DNA of 63,665 nt, filler included, from Rhabdomonas costata (GCA_019059605.1; 53 parts of 53 records of this genome joined end to end with filler, not necessarily neighbours in it), one strand, 5' to 3'; shown: positions 35,443-49,390, numbered from the whole stretch's first letter. The notes: a model not told the origin generated them from the sequence alone. Numbers and translations: made by a program.

Positions 35443-37300
35443 CACCGCATCTCGGGCAAGTCGTTCCTCTTGCCAGACATGCGCTGACTGAGAAGAGGGG
35501 GGAAACCGGTGAGAGAGATGACGGACAGAGCACCAAGTGAGGGGTTTTCTACGGAGACGTGGGGGTTGCTTGAAATAATGCCAAGGAAGGACACGATGTG
35601 AATCACGATGAAACAACTGAGGATGAAGTGATTAAAGTGTTTCGCCAAGGTAAAGTGAATGGGGCCGAAAGCCCATTACCCAACAACTATTCGACTTGCT
35701 TCGGGATTTCGACCAATCCTGCAGACTTGAAGCGTTGCCTCGGAAATTGCATGAGAGCACTTAAGATGGTAATGTGACCAAAGATATGACCATGACAATG
35801 ACTGCAGCATCTTTCTTTGTGCCACTGACTGCCTCTGCCGAGCTCGACGACGCCCGTTGCTGACTCGTCCTGTCGGCGGACGTGGATTTGCATTTCTCTG
35901 CGGAGAAACACCAAAACAAGGCAATTAGAAGAGGGGAGAAACTGCAACCAGGGTTGGTATGAGCCGGGGCCGGGGCTTTGGCGGTGCCACCAAAGCCNNN
36001 NNNNNNNNNNNNNNNNNNNNNNNNNNNNNNNNNNNNNNNNNTTAATTAATTAANNNNNNNNNNNNNNNNNNNNNNNNNNNNNNNNNNNNNNNNNNNNGTG
36101 TTGCTGTTCCCTTCCCTGGTGGTGGTCAAGGCTACTACACAGAGGGTGAGGATGCCCAACGGTGTAGCGACTGATGTTGGAGTGATGCGAAGTGGAGGGC
36201 GCCGAGCCCGACATGTACGTTGATTCCTTCCTCAGTGGTAGCACTCACAGCATCCATCATGGTACGTGTAGGTAGAAGCCTTGAGTGTCGAAGGTGAGAC
36301 GTAAGGACCACCATAAGGATGGTTACGCTCACTGGGTCACACTCGCTCCTAGCTACGCAATGTCGCTCCTGTTCCTTCTGTCGGTCACACTCGTTCCTCT
36401 CACTGCACTGTATACTCTGACTGTACCTTGACGAAAGTCGGCACTGAGGCATCCCGACATCAAGAAACCCCTCAAGGCCTTTAACCCCACCTGTCACTTC
36501 GCACCCTTCCACCACCATAAGGATGCTTACAGGGTGCTCCATCCGGGCGTAGCCACAGGGAACCCCTCACAGAGAGACTACGCTTTGGGTTCTGAGTTAG
36601 AGGATGGGTTAAGGCATCGAAGCATGGGTCTGAGCGTAAGGATGCTAAGAGGGAGCCATGCGTAGAAGGAACACATGAGGCCCACCGGCAGGTAGGAGGG
36701 TCCTTTCTTCAGAGACAAAGCTGGTTGGATGTTACACCCTATGCCCTTAACCTCACGAACCCCTCACATCCCTACACCCTACGAAGCATCAACCCTGAAC
36801 CCCTACAGCATGAACACCTCGAGACCTGAACCCCTCCACAGAAACAAGAACGTGACCCTGAGACCCTGAACCCCTCAACCCTACAGCCGTCAAGAATACG
36901 CACATCAGCAAGCCATGACACCACCCTTCGAGACTGAAACACACCACCAGCAACCACCCTCTGACACAGAACCACACTTCGCACATGAAGACACCCTACG
37001 CAGCAAGAACAGGAACACGTGAAGCCATTGACACATCGCATGAGACACTGACACACTACGCACCCTGACACCATCCTACGCATCGACACCCCAAACCACT
37101 GACACCAACACACAACGTAACAGAGGAACACACAAAGCACTAACGCATCGCCTCAACCACCAACATCACACCCTACGCATCCACACCAGAACCCACCACA
37201 NNNNNNNNNNNNNNNNNNNNNNNNNNNNNNNNNNNNNNNNNNNNTTAATTAATTAANNNNNNNNNNNNNNNNNNNNNNNNNNNNNNNNNNNNNNNNNNNN

Positions 37301-38396
37301 TGTACATTCTTTTGTGTGACAGAGTGTGGGTTCAGGGCCTGTGAGAGGGAGGCAAAAGGGCACTTGTGGTGATTCGCGTTAGAGGAGGTGTGGGGGAGAA
37401 GGCAGTTGCATTTCTCGTGGGGTGAGCAGTTGGCTTCTGCAGCGTTCCCCCTTTGGACTTAGTTTGAGGTGATTTTGATTTTGTGGGGAGCGCGGGCTGC
37501 AGCGTGATGGTGCGCGTGTTTATGAGCTACTGGGGTTGTCGTGAGAGAAATTGTGGGGACATCGGTCCAAAATGGGGTCATCGGGGGGAAAATCTACCTC
37601 CGGGAGTTCACCCGTTTATGCACCTGAGGTCGCGGTACCGAAAAGAGCGTTTTTACGCCGATTTGAGCAGCCTATATATGGGGTGGTTTTGATCTCTTTG
37701 ACATATTTTCTCACTTGTGATACCATTTTCATCCCTGTCAAGCAGGTCTGAAGCCTGCTCAATCGGGCGATTTCCATTCCGAGGAAATCAGAGTGCCGAA
37801 TCCAAAACTGTGGCCGTGGATCTGGGAAGGTTATAATCGTTTGACAGAATTCTAAGTAAAACGTTGTGCGACTAAACGTTGTGTGACTCGTTTGGTTTCG
37901 TTTCGTTTTGTAGGACACACAACCGCCGCGTCATAACACTCCTCTAATACCGTAAGACGACTATCTAGCACCTCTTACACCCCCCCCCTGCCAAGTGTGC
38001 AATCTCACATCCATTCACAATGATGAAACCCAAACTTCAGGCTTCCAACTGGCATCCTTCAATCCATCGGCAAAGCCTCACACTCCGCATCACAGTGGGC
38101 CGCGTTACTTGCAACAGGTGGACACCCGCTGCTTGCCGCTTCCACTTTGCCATGGTTTCACACTTTAATCCTTTTTCCCCAACGAGCAAAGCCGTGTACA
38201 CTGCTGCTGCAAAGCTGAATACACCTATTGGCGCGCACATGACCGAAACGCTTGAGAACTGGGGGATGCACTTAAAATAAACCTCTCCGAATTTCGGTGC
38301 TGCTCGAAGCGTCTTCTTACGCGTTCGCCCAAAGTGCCCTTTTGCCTCCCTCTCACAGGCCCTGAACCCACACTCTGTCACACAAAAGAATGTACA
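37301..38396. repeat. 65-bp perfect inverted repeat at both contig ends
   Basis: 37301-37365 is the exact reverse complement of 38332-38396. Confidence 0.9.
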
Positions 38397-41300
38397 CCCA
38401 AAANNNNNNNNNNNNNNNNNNNNNNNNNNNNNNNNNNNNNNNNNNNNTTAATTAATTAANNNNNNNNNNNNNNNNNNNNNNNNNNNNNNNNNNNNNNNNN
38501 NNNGGTTGTTGGGAAGCATTTGGCCGATGGTCGTTTTGAGGCAAATAAAATTGGATGTTTGGAGATAGTTGGGGCCTACTTCAGTACTAAGAGCAAACGC
38601 GCAACCTGGGACTGGACGTTGCAAAATTGGCTGCTGTCACTCTTTGTGTTCGCTGACTACTGCCGTGGTTGCCGAAGGGAATCTGGAAGGGACTAAGAAA
38701 AGAATGATGTCCATGCTGAAGCTTGGTAACTACTTCCATTGGATAGCCCTTTGGGTGGACCGACGCATGTTGACAAAGCGCACAGCTGCAGAACAATAAT
38801 CACGAAAAACTGGTTCAGACGCTCTGGGTTTGTATTTTAGTCGACCAATGGCTCACGATGGCGTCGGACCCCATAGTTCATGCAAAGGTGTGGCGGAGTG
38901 AAATTGCATTGCGAGGGTTCCTGGGACACTACCACCTCCACCTGAAGGAGGCTGAAAGAAGCGAGACGACGTTCGTGACTAGCTGTTCCCTCCTTTGTTG
39001 GTTTTCTGCTTTCACAGGAAGGAAGACCTGGAGATGGCCTCTGGGGCGTACTTTCTCAAGGGGGACCTCCAGCACCGCAAGCGTCGCCGCTCCTCCGATG
39101 AGCGTATGAGCCTATTTCAGCCCATCTTGCGTGGTGAGCGGTTTCACATGATTTACTGGTCGGTCAAATCCCTGGTTGGTGGAAGTTGGTGTCACCTTTT
39201 GGCTCCATTTCCTTGGTGTGGCTTTTTTTCACACCCACAGCCATTGAGGTCATCGAGGAGAAGCCTGGCCGCCGGCGAAGAAGAAAACCCACAGAGGTTT
39301 GTCCTGGTTGCCCCCCCCCCTCTCAGACTTCGGTTGCGGTGGCGAAAGTCACCGTATGACTGCAGCCAGATGCCAGCGAGGGGTGTCGTTTGCGTAGCCC
39401 TTGCGCAACCTGCCAAAAGTGCAAGCCTATCCACCGCTCAATCCGTTCAATGCGTGGAAATACGTGTGCGTGGTATTGGTGAATCACAGCGCCTTTTATG
39501 GACAGGTGGAGCGAGGAGCGCTTCACACGCCTTTCCCCCGTAACGTAATTGACCGTGAGTGGTATTGGCGTGAGAAGCGCTCCTCGCTCCACCTGTCAAC
39601 AAAACANNNNNNNNNNNNNNNNNNNNNNNNNNNNNNNNNNNNNNNNNNNNTTAATTAATTAANNNNNNNNNNNNNNNNNNNNNNNNNNNNNNNNNNNNNN
39701 NNNNNNGTGTTGTGTGCCCATGCCCCGATGCTGCATAAACAGCCGTCCGCCGACCCTCGTGACCTTGATTTGATTGGCCGAGAATTTGAAAGAGCACATT
39801 TATTGGGTGGTATTCATTGCTTTGTTAATTCACGATGTCATGAATTCTAATGATTTTTTTGTCAATTTCACTGCTTTTCTTGTCGCAAAGAGAGCGCCCG
39901 AGAGTTTGAATTTCTGAGCTATGAACTCTGCAGACTGTGCTTTCTTGATGGACTCTGAGCATAGTAGACGTTCTTATGAAAGGACCCACGTGCTGGAGGG
40001 CGTTTGGGGGAAATCCAAGAGGATATCGGCTGGGTTTTATTGCTGTTAAAAGGCGCAAACGGCGCTGAAGGGCAATTTCAGCAACCCCCCTGATCACTTC
40101 AGCATCAGACAGTCTCTTTCATGCATTTTTCCTCTCTGCGTAATCTACTGATTCGTACCGGCTGGCACCACAAAAGTATTATATTTTGTAATGTAACATT
40201 AACCCGGAGGGAGACGTCACCCCTATGTTGGGTTCGCCATTTTAAAAATTAAAAAAACAAATGTAGAAATTAAAATTTCCTTCGGAAACTTCTGTTTCCC
40301 GCTTGGCAAGACAATGCAGCCACACAAACGTTTTGTTCTTCCATGACCACACGGGGGGAAGGTATTATTGTTCTTCAAAACCAGCACTTCACAACACAAC
40401 AATAACCGCATCGTTCTTCTCACTTCGTGCAACACTTGCTCTCCGACGCCCTGCGTCGCTGCGCACTCTTTCTTTTCTCACATCCCACAGCCCAGCAGCC
40501 CTCCCTTCCTTGCCCGGAACCCTCACCATCTGGCTCCCGTCTTCCTTTCCCCTTTCCATTCATCCCTGCTTCCGTGGCATTGCGCGCTTGGTGGCCACGG
40601 GCCTTCCTCCACTCCTTCTTCCACACTTGGCGCACTTTTCCCATGCACTGACGAGGGTCCCACCCTCCTGGGTCCTCATCTGGCGTCCCAACTGACCCTC
40701 GCCATCCTCGAGTTGCGCGTGCTCCTTCCGGAACGCGTCGGGTGCCCGGTGCCCACTGAGCTGTGGAGCTTTTCCGTTTGCCCTTTCACATTCCGGCCCA
40801 CCCACAAAANNNNNNNNNNNNNNNNNNNNNNNNNNNNNNNNNNNNNNNNNNNNTTAATTAATTAANNNNNNNNNNNNNNNNNNNNNNNNNNNNNNNNNNN
40901 NNNNNNNNNCCTATTAACGATTGGTTACCAGGAAGCATTTGAAAATAATCCACTTCTATTGAAAATGGCGCCTGGGCTATATTTTAGGCTCGTTTTTCGG
41001 TGTAAAATTTTTTAAAAGATGATGTACAACTAAAACTTTGCATTGTGGTACCTTTCCTCGGTATTTTTGGTGTGCTGGAGGGCGGACTTCAGTGACTTTG
41101 CCGGGAAGGGCGGTGAACGGTTCCCAGGAGATTGCACATTAAACGAAAAGAGTTGTTCTAAAGGTGAAGGCCACCCCCGCGGCAGCCGCATGGGCTAGTC
41201 CACGAGGCGGGCTGATGGGGCCCTGCTCGGTAGCGGTGGGGGTGCTCTAGCCGGAACCCTTTATATGAAGGTAAGCTGAAAGCACTATGAAATGAAGCCC

Positions 41301-43700
41301 TCCCTCTCCGCACAATTATATCAGCAAACCACGAGCGAACGCACACCTGGTGATCCAGGAAGTATTTCCGGTGCGCCTGGTCAGCCATTGCTTGGGGCAC
41401 AAAGGTCGGGAGAGAGGGTGATGGGACGGAAGGGGCAGGAAGGCAGGGCGTTAACGACGGAAAGGAGTCACCCACGCAGCGGTCGGCTTGCTACCCTTTA
41501 CTCACTGTGAGAAAGGCGACACATAAACGAAGGGAGAAAGGAATGCAGTAAAAGAGATGTGCTAAGTGCCGTTATGTTCGTGGGGGCGGCAGGGTGGGAT
41601 ATAACGAATATGAGTTAGATTCGGGTTAGGTTCTGCACGGTTTGAGGATCTTTGTGAATAATGTGAACGCCAGTACGCAAAATTGTGACCTTTCAGTTGC
41701 GTTTCCGTTGCAGTTAAGGTTAAAGAAATCCCAAAGTCTGATTCACAGATTTTGCTCGAACACTTTCTTCTTTTACTGAAGTGCGACAGCAACTGGCGTA
41801 AGCGAAGAGCCGCTGTTTTCATTGAGTGGTTCTGCAAACGAATCCACAAATTACGCGAGTGTCCCTTCAGGTCTGCGTTCGGAACAAACCCCACAAAAAC
41901 GTGAAGAAAAAAAGACGTCTACAGCGATAAAAACCAACCAAGCGAAGAAACACAGCTCGTTCCCCAGCAGGTGGACCAGGGGGCAACAATGCCCCTGATA
42001 CTCCACAAAAACNNNNNNNNNNNNNNNNNNNNNNNNNNNNNNNNNNNNNNNNNNNNTTAATTAATTAANNNNNNNNNNNNNNNNNNNNNNNNNNNNNNNN
42101 NNNNNNNNNNNNGGTTTTTGGTATGTGCGTGGCCAGTGCTTGGGATCAGAGTTTCCTGACCTTTTACTCTCTGCCGGTGGTGACGCCCCTTGGCAACTCT
42201 TTCGTAACCCGTTTGCGCCGCTTCTTGACCCACGAGGCGTAGGGCATACGACAGCACCCAGAACGCGCAAAAGCACCGGCACATTCGGGCACTCACCCTC
42301 ACTCACCCATAAGGCTTAACAACTCACAGAACCTGGGCTCTGGGCAGGTCGCCGTTCCCCGATAATGCGTTCGAGGGTGTTTTAAATGCTCCAAAAAAAG
42401 TCCAAACATGGAAAAATAGTCCATATGCTAAGGTACTCGTCGCTGAAGTAGAGAGGAGGCTTCTCTTTTCCTTCATAATGGCTGATCCAGTCACTCAACG
42501 CTTATTCCCTGAAGAACGCCTGCTAGCGTGCCCGGAGTCCCTTGAGGTTGAGTCGTCTCGGAGGACATTCGCAAGACATTTAAGACATTCTCAGCAATGC
42601 ACAGCAGGCCCGTCAGGCCTGAGCACCATTTAGCCTTTGCAAATCCTGAACTTTACTCCGACCTCACAAAAACGCGAAAACTAGAGATGCATCAATACAC
42701 AGTGGGGACATTCCAAGCAGACAGAGTAAACAGAGCGTGGTAGAGAGAGGCAATTTCGGCAGGAATGCACGGAATGTACAACCAAGAGTAGGCGAGCACG
42801 CCTGAAACAGAGGACGCGAACACCGCATGCCGGATCCTTTGAGCAAACACATCGTGATACAAAAAAAACGGAATGCGCATAGCTCCCCATCTTCGGCACA
42901 AGGAGCAAAACAGGGAGATTTTCTAAGGAGGAACGCAGTTGAGAAACAGGAGAGGTTGGCGGCAGTCATGCGGAAGAGGACCTACAGGAAAGAATGGAAG
43001 GCGCATTGAAGATGGTGCTGCTGGGAAGGAACAACGTCACGCCTAGGTTTCCGTTCAGGCTTCGAATGAACACGCTTATGCGGCCTAAATCCAAAAAAAA
43101 ACATGTAAACAATTTGGGACAGTACAGTTAAAGAACAAAAGAACACGAGAACATTACTCAACGCAGTCTTTTTTCACTTCTCCAGAGGACTGGTAGTAGG
43201 TAAGGTACTACCACCNNNNNNNNNNNNNNNNNNNNNNNNNNNNNNNNNNNNNNNNNNNNTTAATTAATTAANNNNNNNNNNNNNNNNNNNNNNNNNNNNN
43301 NNNNNNNNNNNNNNNGGGTGTTTTTTGAGATGGAATCTAAAGGAGGCGTTTTTACCTTTCAAGTGATATTTCCTTGGAAAAACGTGTGCTGCGGAATGTT
43401 TGTTAAATGGTTGCATTTGAACAGCATGATAAAAAGCAGTTATCTTTGCAAGCGGCGCACTGAGAGGCGACATAGTGACATGGTTTTCTCTCATGGCGAG
43501 CGACTTTATGGGTGCTTCAGAAATTTTGCAGCCTGTTTAGGACATTAAAACGACCTTTTTAGGGTCATCACATCTCGCCTTTGAGGTTTCACGGTCAGTT
43601 TCGGCTGTAAGTCTTACTTTTGACATGATGTGCCACACACGCATGTCTGGAAAACGCCAGAACCTGCTGAATACGAAATCCGGTGCCATAGTGGGATGTA

Positions 43701-43956
43701 TTGAACTTTGAATGGAATGGAATGGAACTTTGAACTGCATTACACTGAACTTTGAACTGGTCACTTGAACGTAGAACTCTGATCTTGGACGTTTAATGTT
43801 GGCGCGGTTTTCAAGGATACTCTGAATGTTTGACGTTTTTGCTACTGTGATGAGCTTGAACTTTGAATTGAACTTTTGAACTGGTCAAATTGAACTCTGA
43901 CTGTTGGCAATGAATTGAATTGAACACTGAGCACCCCCACATTGAACTTTGAACTC
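43701..43956 (+). repeat. Degenerate TTGAAC(T)/TGAAT repeat array
   Basis: About 20 TGAAC/TGAAT/GGAAT-type units, often as TTGAACTTTGAACT. Confidence 0.8.
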
Positions 43957-44721
43957 GGTGCAACCCTGCAAATACACAGAGCAGTGCACAACAGACAATG
44001 AAAATTCAACGTATACATACTGAGAGATCATTCAAACGCGTGACCATGGCAAAGCATGTCTTTTCGGAACGAGTAAAAAAGGAAGAAAACTGCCAAGCCA
44101 GGATGCTTCAGCCGATTCGTTCAAAACTCAAACCCTTAACCATTAAACCAAAAATTACCACCAACGGTTGACACGTTTTCTTTTCGCTTTTAACACTTTC
44201 TGCTGTGAAAGAAAGAGGTAAGAGGAGAGGGGCGCCAAAATCATAAGCGCGCATCTGCATTTAGAAATCCAGCTTTCAACAAACCACTTTGATTTAGTTC
44301 ACGAATTTGCTGCGCCTTTTCGAGGAGAAGCTGCCAAGCATCCTGTTTGAATGTGTGTCACCCCCCCCCTCTTTCCCATCTCTCTCCATAGGCATTGAAA
44401 TACCTTCACAAAACCAACNNNNNNNNNNNNNNNNNNNNNNNNNNNNNNNNNNNNNNNNNNNNTTAATTAATTAANNNNNNNNNNNNNNNNNNNNNNNNNN
44501 NNNNNNNNNNNNNNNNNNTTGCTGAGGGAGCGAGTATTGCGCGAGCATTGCTGTGGGTTTTTTGGTGGAAAGTGGAGGCAGAGGCGTTGGGGTTGATCTT
44601 TGGGAGACAAAAGTGACGCAGACGCGGGTCGTTCTGGGGTCGGTGGCGGTGGCCCACCCCCTCACTCAAACAATGAAAAACGCAACCGAACCCCTTTCTC
44701 GGACCGCACACAAATGCAAAC

Positions 44722-45261
44722 CTGCTCAGGTGCAACGGAGCGGCCAAGGGCCTGTTGCAGGGGTGTGGAGCAAAGCATGGAGGAGCTCGCCGAGCAGTCC
44801 GGAAACCCCCCAGCAGCGGGCTCGCAGCCCGGGAAAGACCCGGTGACCGTGATGGGCTCAAAGCCGTCATCAAACTGAGAAGGGCAGAACCATAAGGGGT
44901 GGGGAATCCCTCCCATACGGCAGGGAAGGCGAAAGTTCAGGGAACCGTCACCCCAATGGAGTTAACGAAGGCAGTGGGATGCAGCCACTATTAACGCGGA
45001 CCAGCAGTTGGAATTCGATGAGTGATGGAGTTGGATCGCGAAAGTTTCCGAATTTCGCCACATCCCACATGTGCGATAATCATGAAATGATACCTACTGG
45101 CGCACTTGTTCGGTTTATTTGGCGGCTCATCTCTCACGGCAAAACTGACCTCAAATGACCAGCAAGAAACAGCATACCAATACAGTGTCGTTGAGAAGCT
45201 CCAGACTCTGTTTGATGGCATCTCCGAAATCAATCTCTTCCAGCGGAGCAGCATCATTCAT
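44722..45261 (-). CDS. Hypothetical protein, first two exons (45261-45178, 44874-44722)
   Basis: MNDAAPLEEIDFGDAIKQSLELLNDTVL|FDDGFEPITVTGSFPGCEP...VAPEQ; phase-0 GT-AG intron. Confidence 0.6.
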
Positions 45262-47068
45262 TTTGAGAGTGCCTCTGGCTTCCAGACGGGAAGCTCCACA
45301 CTCCACCAAAAAACCCACAGCAATACTCGCGCAATACTCGCTCCCTCAGCAAGAAGTACACACAGTAGAAGTGTACAACAAACGGACAGCAAAAAGAAAA
45401 CAGAAGTGGAAATTATAAAGCAAAGCTCTGCGCGCCAAGAACCCATGGTCCGAGGAATTATGGACGAAAAGGACGAGAAAGTAAAAACCGTAAGTAGCAG
45501 CATACTGAGCAACATTACCAGAAATTCGCGCGCGCGCGCGCGCGGCTCCTTCCAAAGCTCGGTTTGGAGCAAAAATCATCCACCACATCCGGAAATACAA
45601 GCGCACCACCAACAAAACCACNNNNNNNNNNNNNNNNNNNNNNNNNNNNNNNNNNNNNNNNNNNNTTAATTAATTAANNNNNNNNNNNNNNNNNNNNNNN
45701 NNNNNNNNNNNNNNNNNNNNNGGTTTTGTGTGTTTGGCTGATTGGCTGTCGTGCAGCTGATGCTGCCCTGGCCTGATCACTGATTTGTGTATAATCATGC
45801 TGAAATGTGCGGTAATTTCATGCTGTGAAATTCCAAGCGCGGTCTTTGCAAGCGCCGAAGTGTGGACTAAACCACGTTGTTCCGTCACGAGAGTGCACAG
45901 GTAAGGTGACTTTTCTCACGAGTGGTTTGGTTTGGTTTGCCTGGCGTGCGGCACACATTGACATTCCATTCGCAAAAGTAACCAAGCTGTAATACAAAGT
46001 CCTGGTGCACAGTCTCTGTGATCAACTGGTTCGTCGCCCTCACCCAGCCCCATCACACACGTGGGGGAAGTGGTAAAGGGCCAAAGTGTCCAGACCTCAG
46101 GTACCACTGGGCGTGTGAAGCGGTACGTACGACCGATGTGTGTGACTCTCCATTGGCCACCCACCCCTCCTCCCTTCACCATCTTTTGACTGCGCTAGCA
46201 CTAACCTACGATATTCTGTATTATACTGTATTTTAATAAGTAGTATAATAAAGAGTTGCACGACCACAGCAATAGGTAAAAGATGCACAAAATCCGGACT
46301 TTCAAGGGATGCAATGACAGAAATCCGGACTCACCAGAATGGATGCATACGCCTGGGCTCGCCTCCCCACACCCACGGTGACTCCGCCCGATGTTTAGGT
46401 GCTGCGCTGGGAGAGCCCTGCAGAAAAGGCAAGGCTTCTCTCCAGCTGGGCATTTTGGGAAGTTGAAAAGCCCTTCAATAGAATTGGCCCCCTCCCTCCT
46501 CGGCAGCCAAAGGAAGCACCCAGATAGAGTGCACCCCGGAGTGCGATGCTTACACGGGACGGCCTGCCTTCAGGGACCAGTCACCTGAACAATCTAGTAA
46601 GGAAAAATTCTTACGGCAAAGAGGAATTCCCAAGCGAACCCCATCCGGTTGCTCCCTCCTCCCCTCCTCAGGAGCAACACAGTGAGGGACAGAACAGAGG
46701 GGGGAAAACGAAGAAAATTCTGCAGGAGGTCCCGGTTGCCTTCCGGATTCAAATTGAGTACCGTCTCCTGCACTCGATCAAGTGCTGTATTTAAGATCAA
46801 AAACACACCAAACACTCCCAACAANNNNNNNNNNNNNNNNNNNNNNNNNNNNNNNNNNNNNNNNNNNNTTAATTAATTAANNNNNNNNNNNNNNNNNNNN
46901 NNNNNNNNNNNNNNNNNNNNNNNNGTTTGTTGGGAGCGTAATGAAGAAGCCCATCCATTTCCGCCACTGCCAGAGGTCGATGAACTGCGGCACCACTGCA
47001 GCAGTGAACCTGCGTGGGGCTCCCTCGCAATCCGAAATTGAATGAACTTGATAATATGGCGTAGTGGC

Positions 47069-47449
47069 ATTATGGGGACCCCCGATATCAAGTGAATTAT
47101 GGGACCCCCCCTGTTTTCGGTGTATTATACGGACCTCGCACCCAATGCGCGTGCATCTAACCCCTCTAACCCCATGAATTCTATCCTGTCAGAATTTGTT
47201 TACTGTGTGCTTCCCTCGTGCGGCTGCTCGACCTTCTTATATATTCTCTGAGATGCCTGAACAGTCCTGGGGACCTTTTGAAAGACTGCTGTGGAGCGCT
47301 GTCGTTGTTTCTTTGCTTGCCGTCCTGTGGGATCGCGAGGATCCGTAAAATACACCTGATCCCCAACGGGCGGATGGATTGTCCTGCGTTCCGTAAAATA
47401 CACCCAAAACAGGGGTCCAAAAAATACACTTGATAGGGGTCCCCATAAT
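47069..47449. mobile_element. MITE-like element with ~60-bp imperfect TIRs
   Basis: ATTATGGGGACCCCC..TATCAAGTG..GGACCCC..CTGTTTTCGGTGTATTATACGGA pairs with TCCGTAAAATACACCCAAAACAGGGGTCC..CACTTGATAGGGGTCCCCATAAT. There is an extra subterminal CCGTAAAATACACC copy. Confidence 0.8.
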
Positions 47450-48897
47450 CCAGTTGATAGCGGGGAGTCCCCCTAAAGCCATACCGCCGATAATGTTAAT
47501 GGGTTGTTTTAATTTGGTTCCCTTCTCGAGGGACACTTTCGGGTCGTACAATCCACCTCACCTCCACCTTTTTTCATTGGACGCTGCCTTTTGATGTCAG
47601 GAGTTTGCTTTTTTATTGGGGGGGGGGCAACCGTCAGGGCCAAGGCCATGCCCTGTGCACGGTGTGGTCAACCCCTGCTGCGCTGTGGTACGTGGGTGTG
47701 GGTGTGGGTTAGGGAAGTATGGTATTGTTTAGCAATGGTTGCGTGGGTTGCACATTGCGCTTTGGATTCGATCGAACGGGTCAATTCTTCGTAAAGTGGC
47801 GGTTATTGTCGAGGTTCCACACCAGAGAGGGAAAGGGGGATACACACAAACACAACAAAAGCATTCTAGTTTTCTGTTCGCGGTCCACACTCGGACTTTG
47901 TGGGGGAGGTGCTAGTGTGAACGCTTTTCTAGGATAGTTGCGTATCATTAGATGTAAATCTTTCAGTTAACAGCTGCAGTCCTGGGCCTGAATACTTTTC
48001 TACATCCCCCCAATAAAAACACAACCANNNNNNNNNNNNNNNNNNNNNNNNNNNNNNNNNNNNNNNNNNNNTTAATTAATTAANNNNNNNNNNNNNNNNN
48101 NNNNNNNNNNNNNNNNNNNNNNNNNNNGTGTTGTGGGTTTGGAAGAAAGAAGAAAGATACCCGAAAGATAGATGAATGGAAACGATGTCCCTGGCACACA
48201 ACACGCGCTGCCTTGGTGCTCGCCGGAGATTCCCACAATTCTGATGTGAGCAGCGGGGCGCCGGTTCACTACACAAGAGGACAGGATACTTCGCCTGCCC
48301 CGCAGGTTCTAGGCACATACCACCATAACAAAAAACACCCATTCTGGACACTGGTCACTCTGCTTCCACAGGGGGAGCTTCCAGAGGTCAGACTGCTCCC
48401 TCCATACAGCACTCACTATTTCCACACGTGAAACCTAGGCAAGGCATCACAACTACAGTGGCGGTGGTGGGGCGGGTTGCGGGCACCGTACCCCTTGGCC
48501 AGGAGCCTTCTTTCTGGAAACGTTGAGGCCGAGTCGCTCGCGGCGCCGCTTTTCCTCTTCCTCCTCAGGCTTGACCACCTTTTTGTATTTTTTTCTTTGG
48601 TGTGGGCATCGGGTTGCAGACCACATCACAGCAAATGCGCGATCAAGGGCAAACGCATCCGTTTCTGGTGGCGACAGAAAAAACCGAGAAGAACAAGCAG
48701 ATCGGAGAGAGGTACGAATGAAGATGTATGTGTAAGTTCAAACGCCGCCGGGCGCAGCGCTAAGGGGTCCCGTGACGAAATGAGGGTACATGCTTATCCC
48801 AAATGGATTACACCTACTTCGAGGAAGGGGACCCCTCCCCGCGGTTTGCCGCTATTGCAACCAACCGAAACACTACTTTACCCAAGCGGCCGAAGTT

Positions 48898-49225
48898 CCT
48901 TCATTTTCACCCCTTTCGAAGCCCTTTTCGACGCCAAAAAGCCCCCTTTTCAAAGCTTTTTGCCCCAAAAATCCGTCCCCAGAGCCTCAAAAATCCCTCA
49001 AATCCGCATAAAAACGCGTTTTTCACAACCCCCGACCTCAAAAACATCATGTTGGGTCGATTTCCGGAGGGTCGATTTTTTCACCCCGGACACCCCATTT
49101 TCGACCCTAACATCCTACCACCGAGGCAGGCCTCGAAAAGGTGCTGCATTCGGCCAAAAATCGGCGTTTTCAGTGTCAAGATGGTCGAATCGAAGCACCA
49201 AACCGTGTTTTTCGTGTTTAACAAC
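48898..49225 (+). repeat. Dispersed repeat with phased A/T tracts, copy 2
   Basis: Homologous to 9083-9360 (inverted), with a ~50-bp indel. Confidence 0.85.
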
Positions 49226-49390
49226 CCCACNNNNNNNNNNNNNNNNNNNNNNNNNNNNNNNNNNNNNNNNNNNNTTAATTAATTAANNNNNNNNNNNNNN
49301 NNNNNNNNNNNNNNNNNNNNNNNNNNNNNNGGGGGTTGGTGACGAGGACCAGGACTTTGATGAAAGCACAGGTGACCATGGGAATAAACC

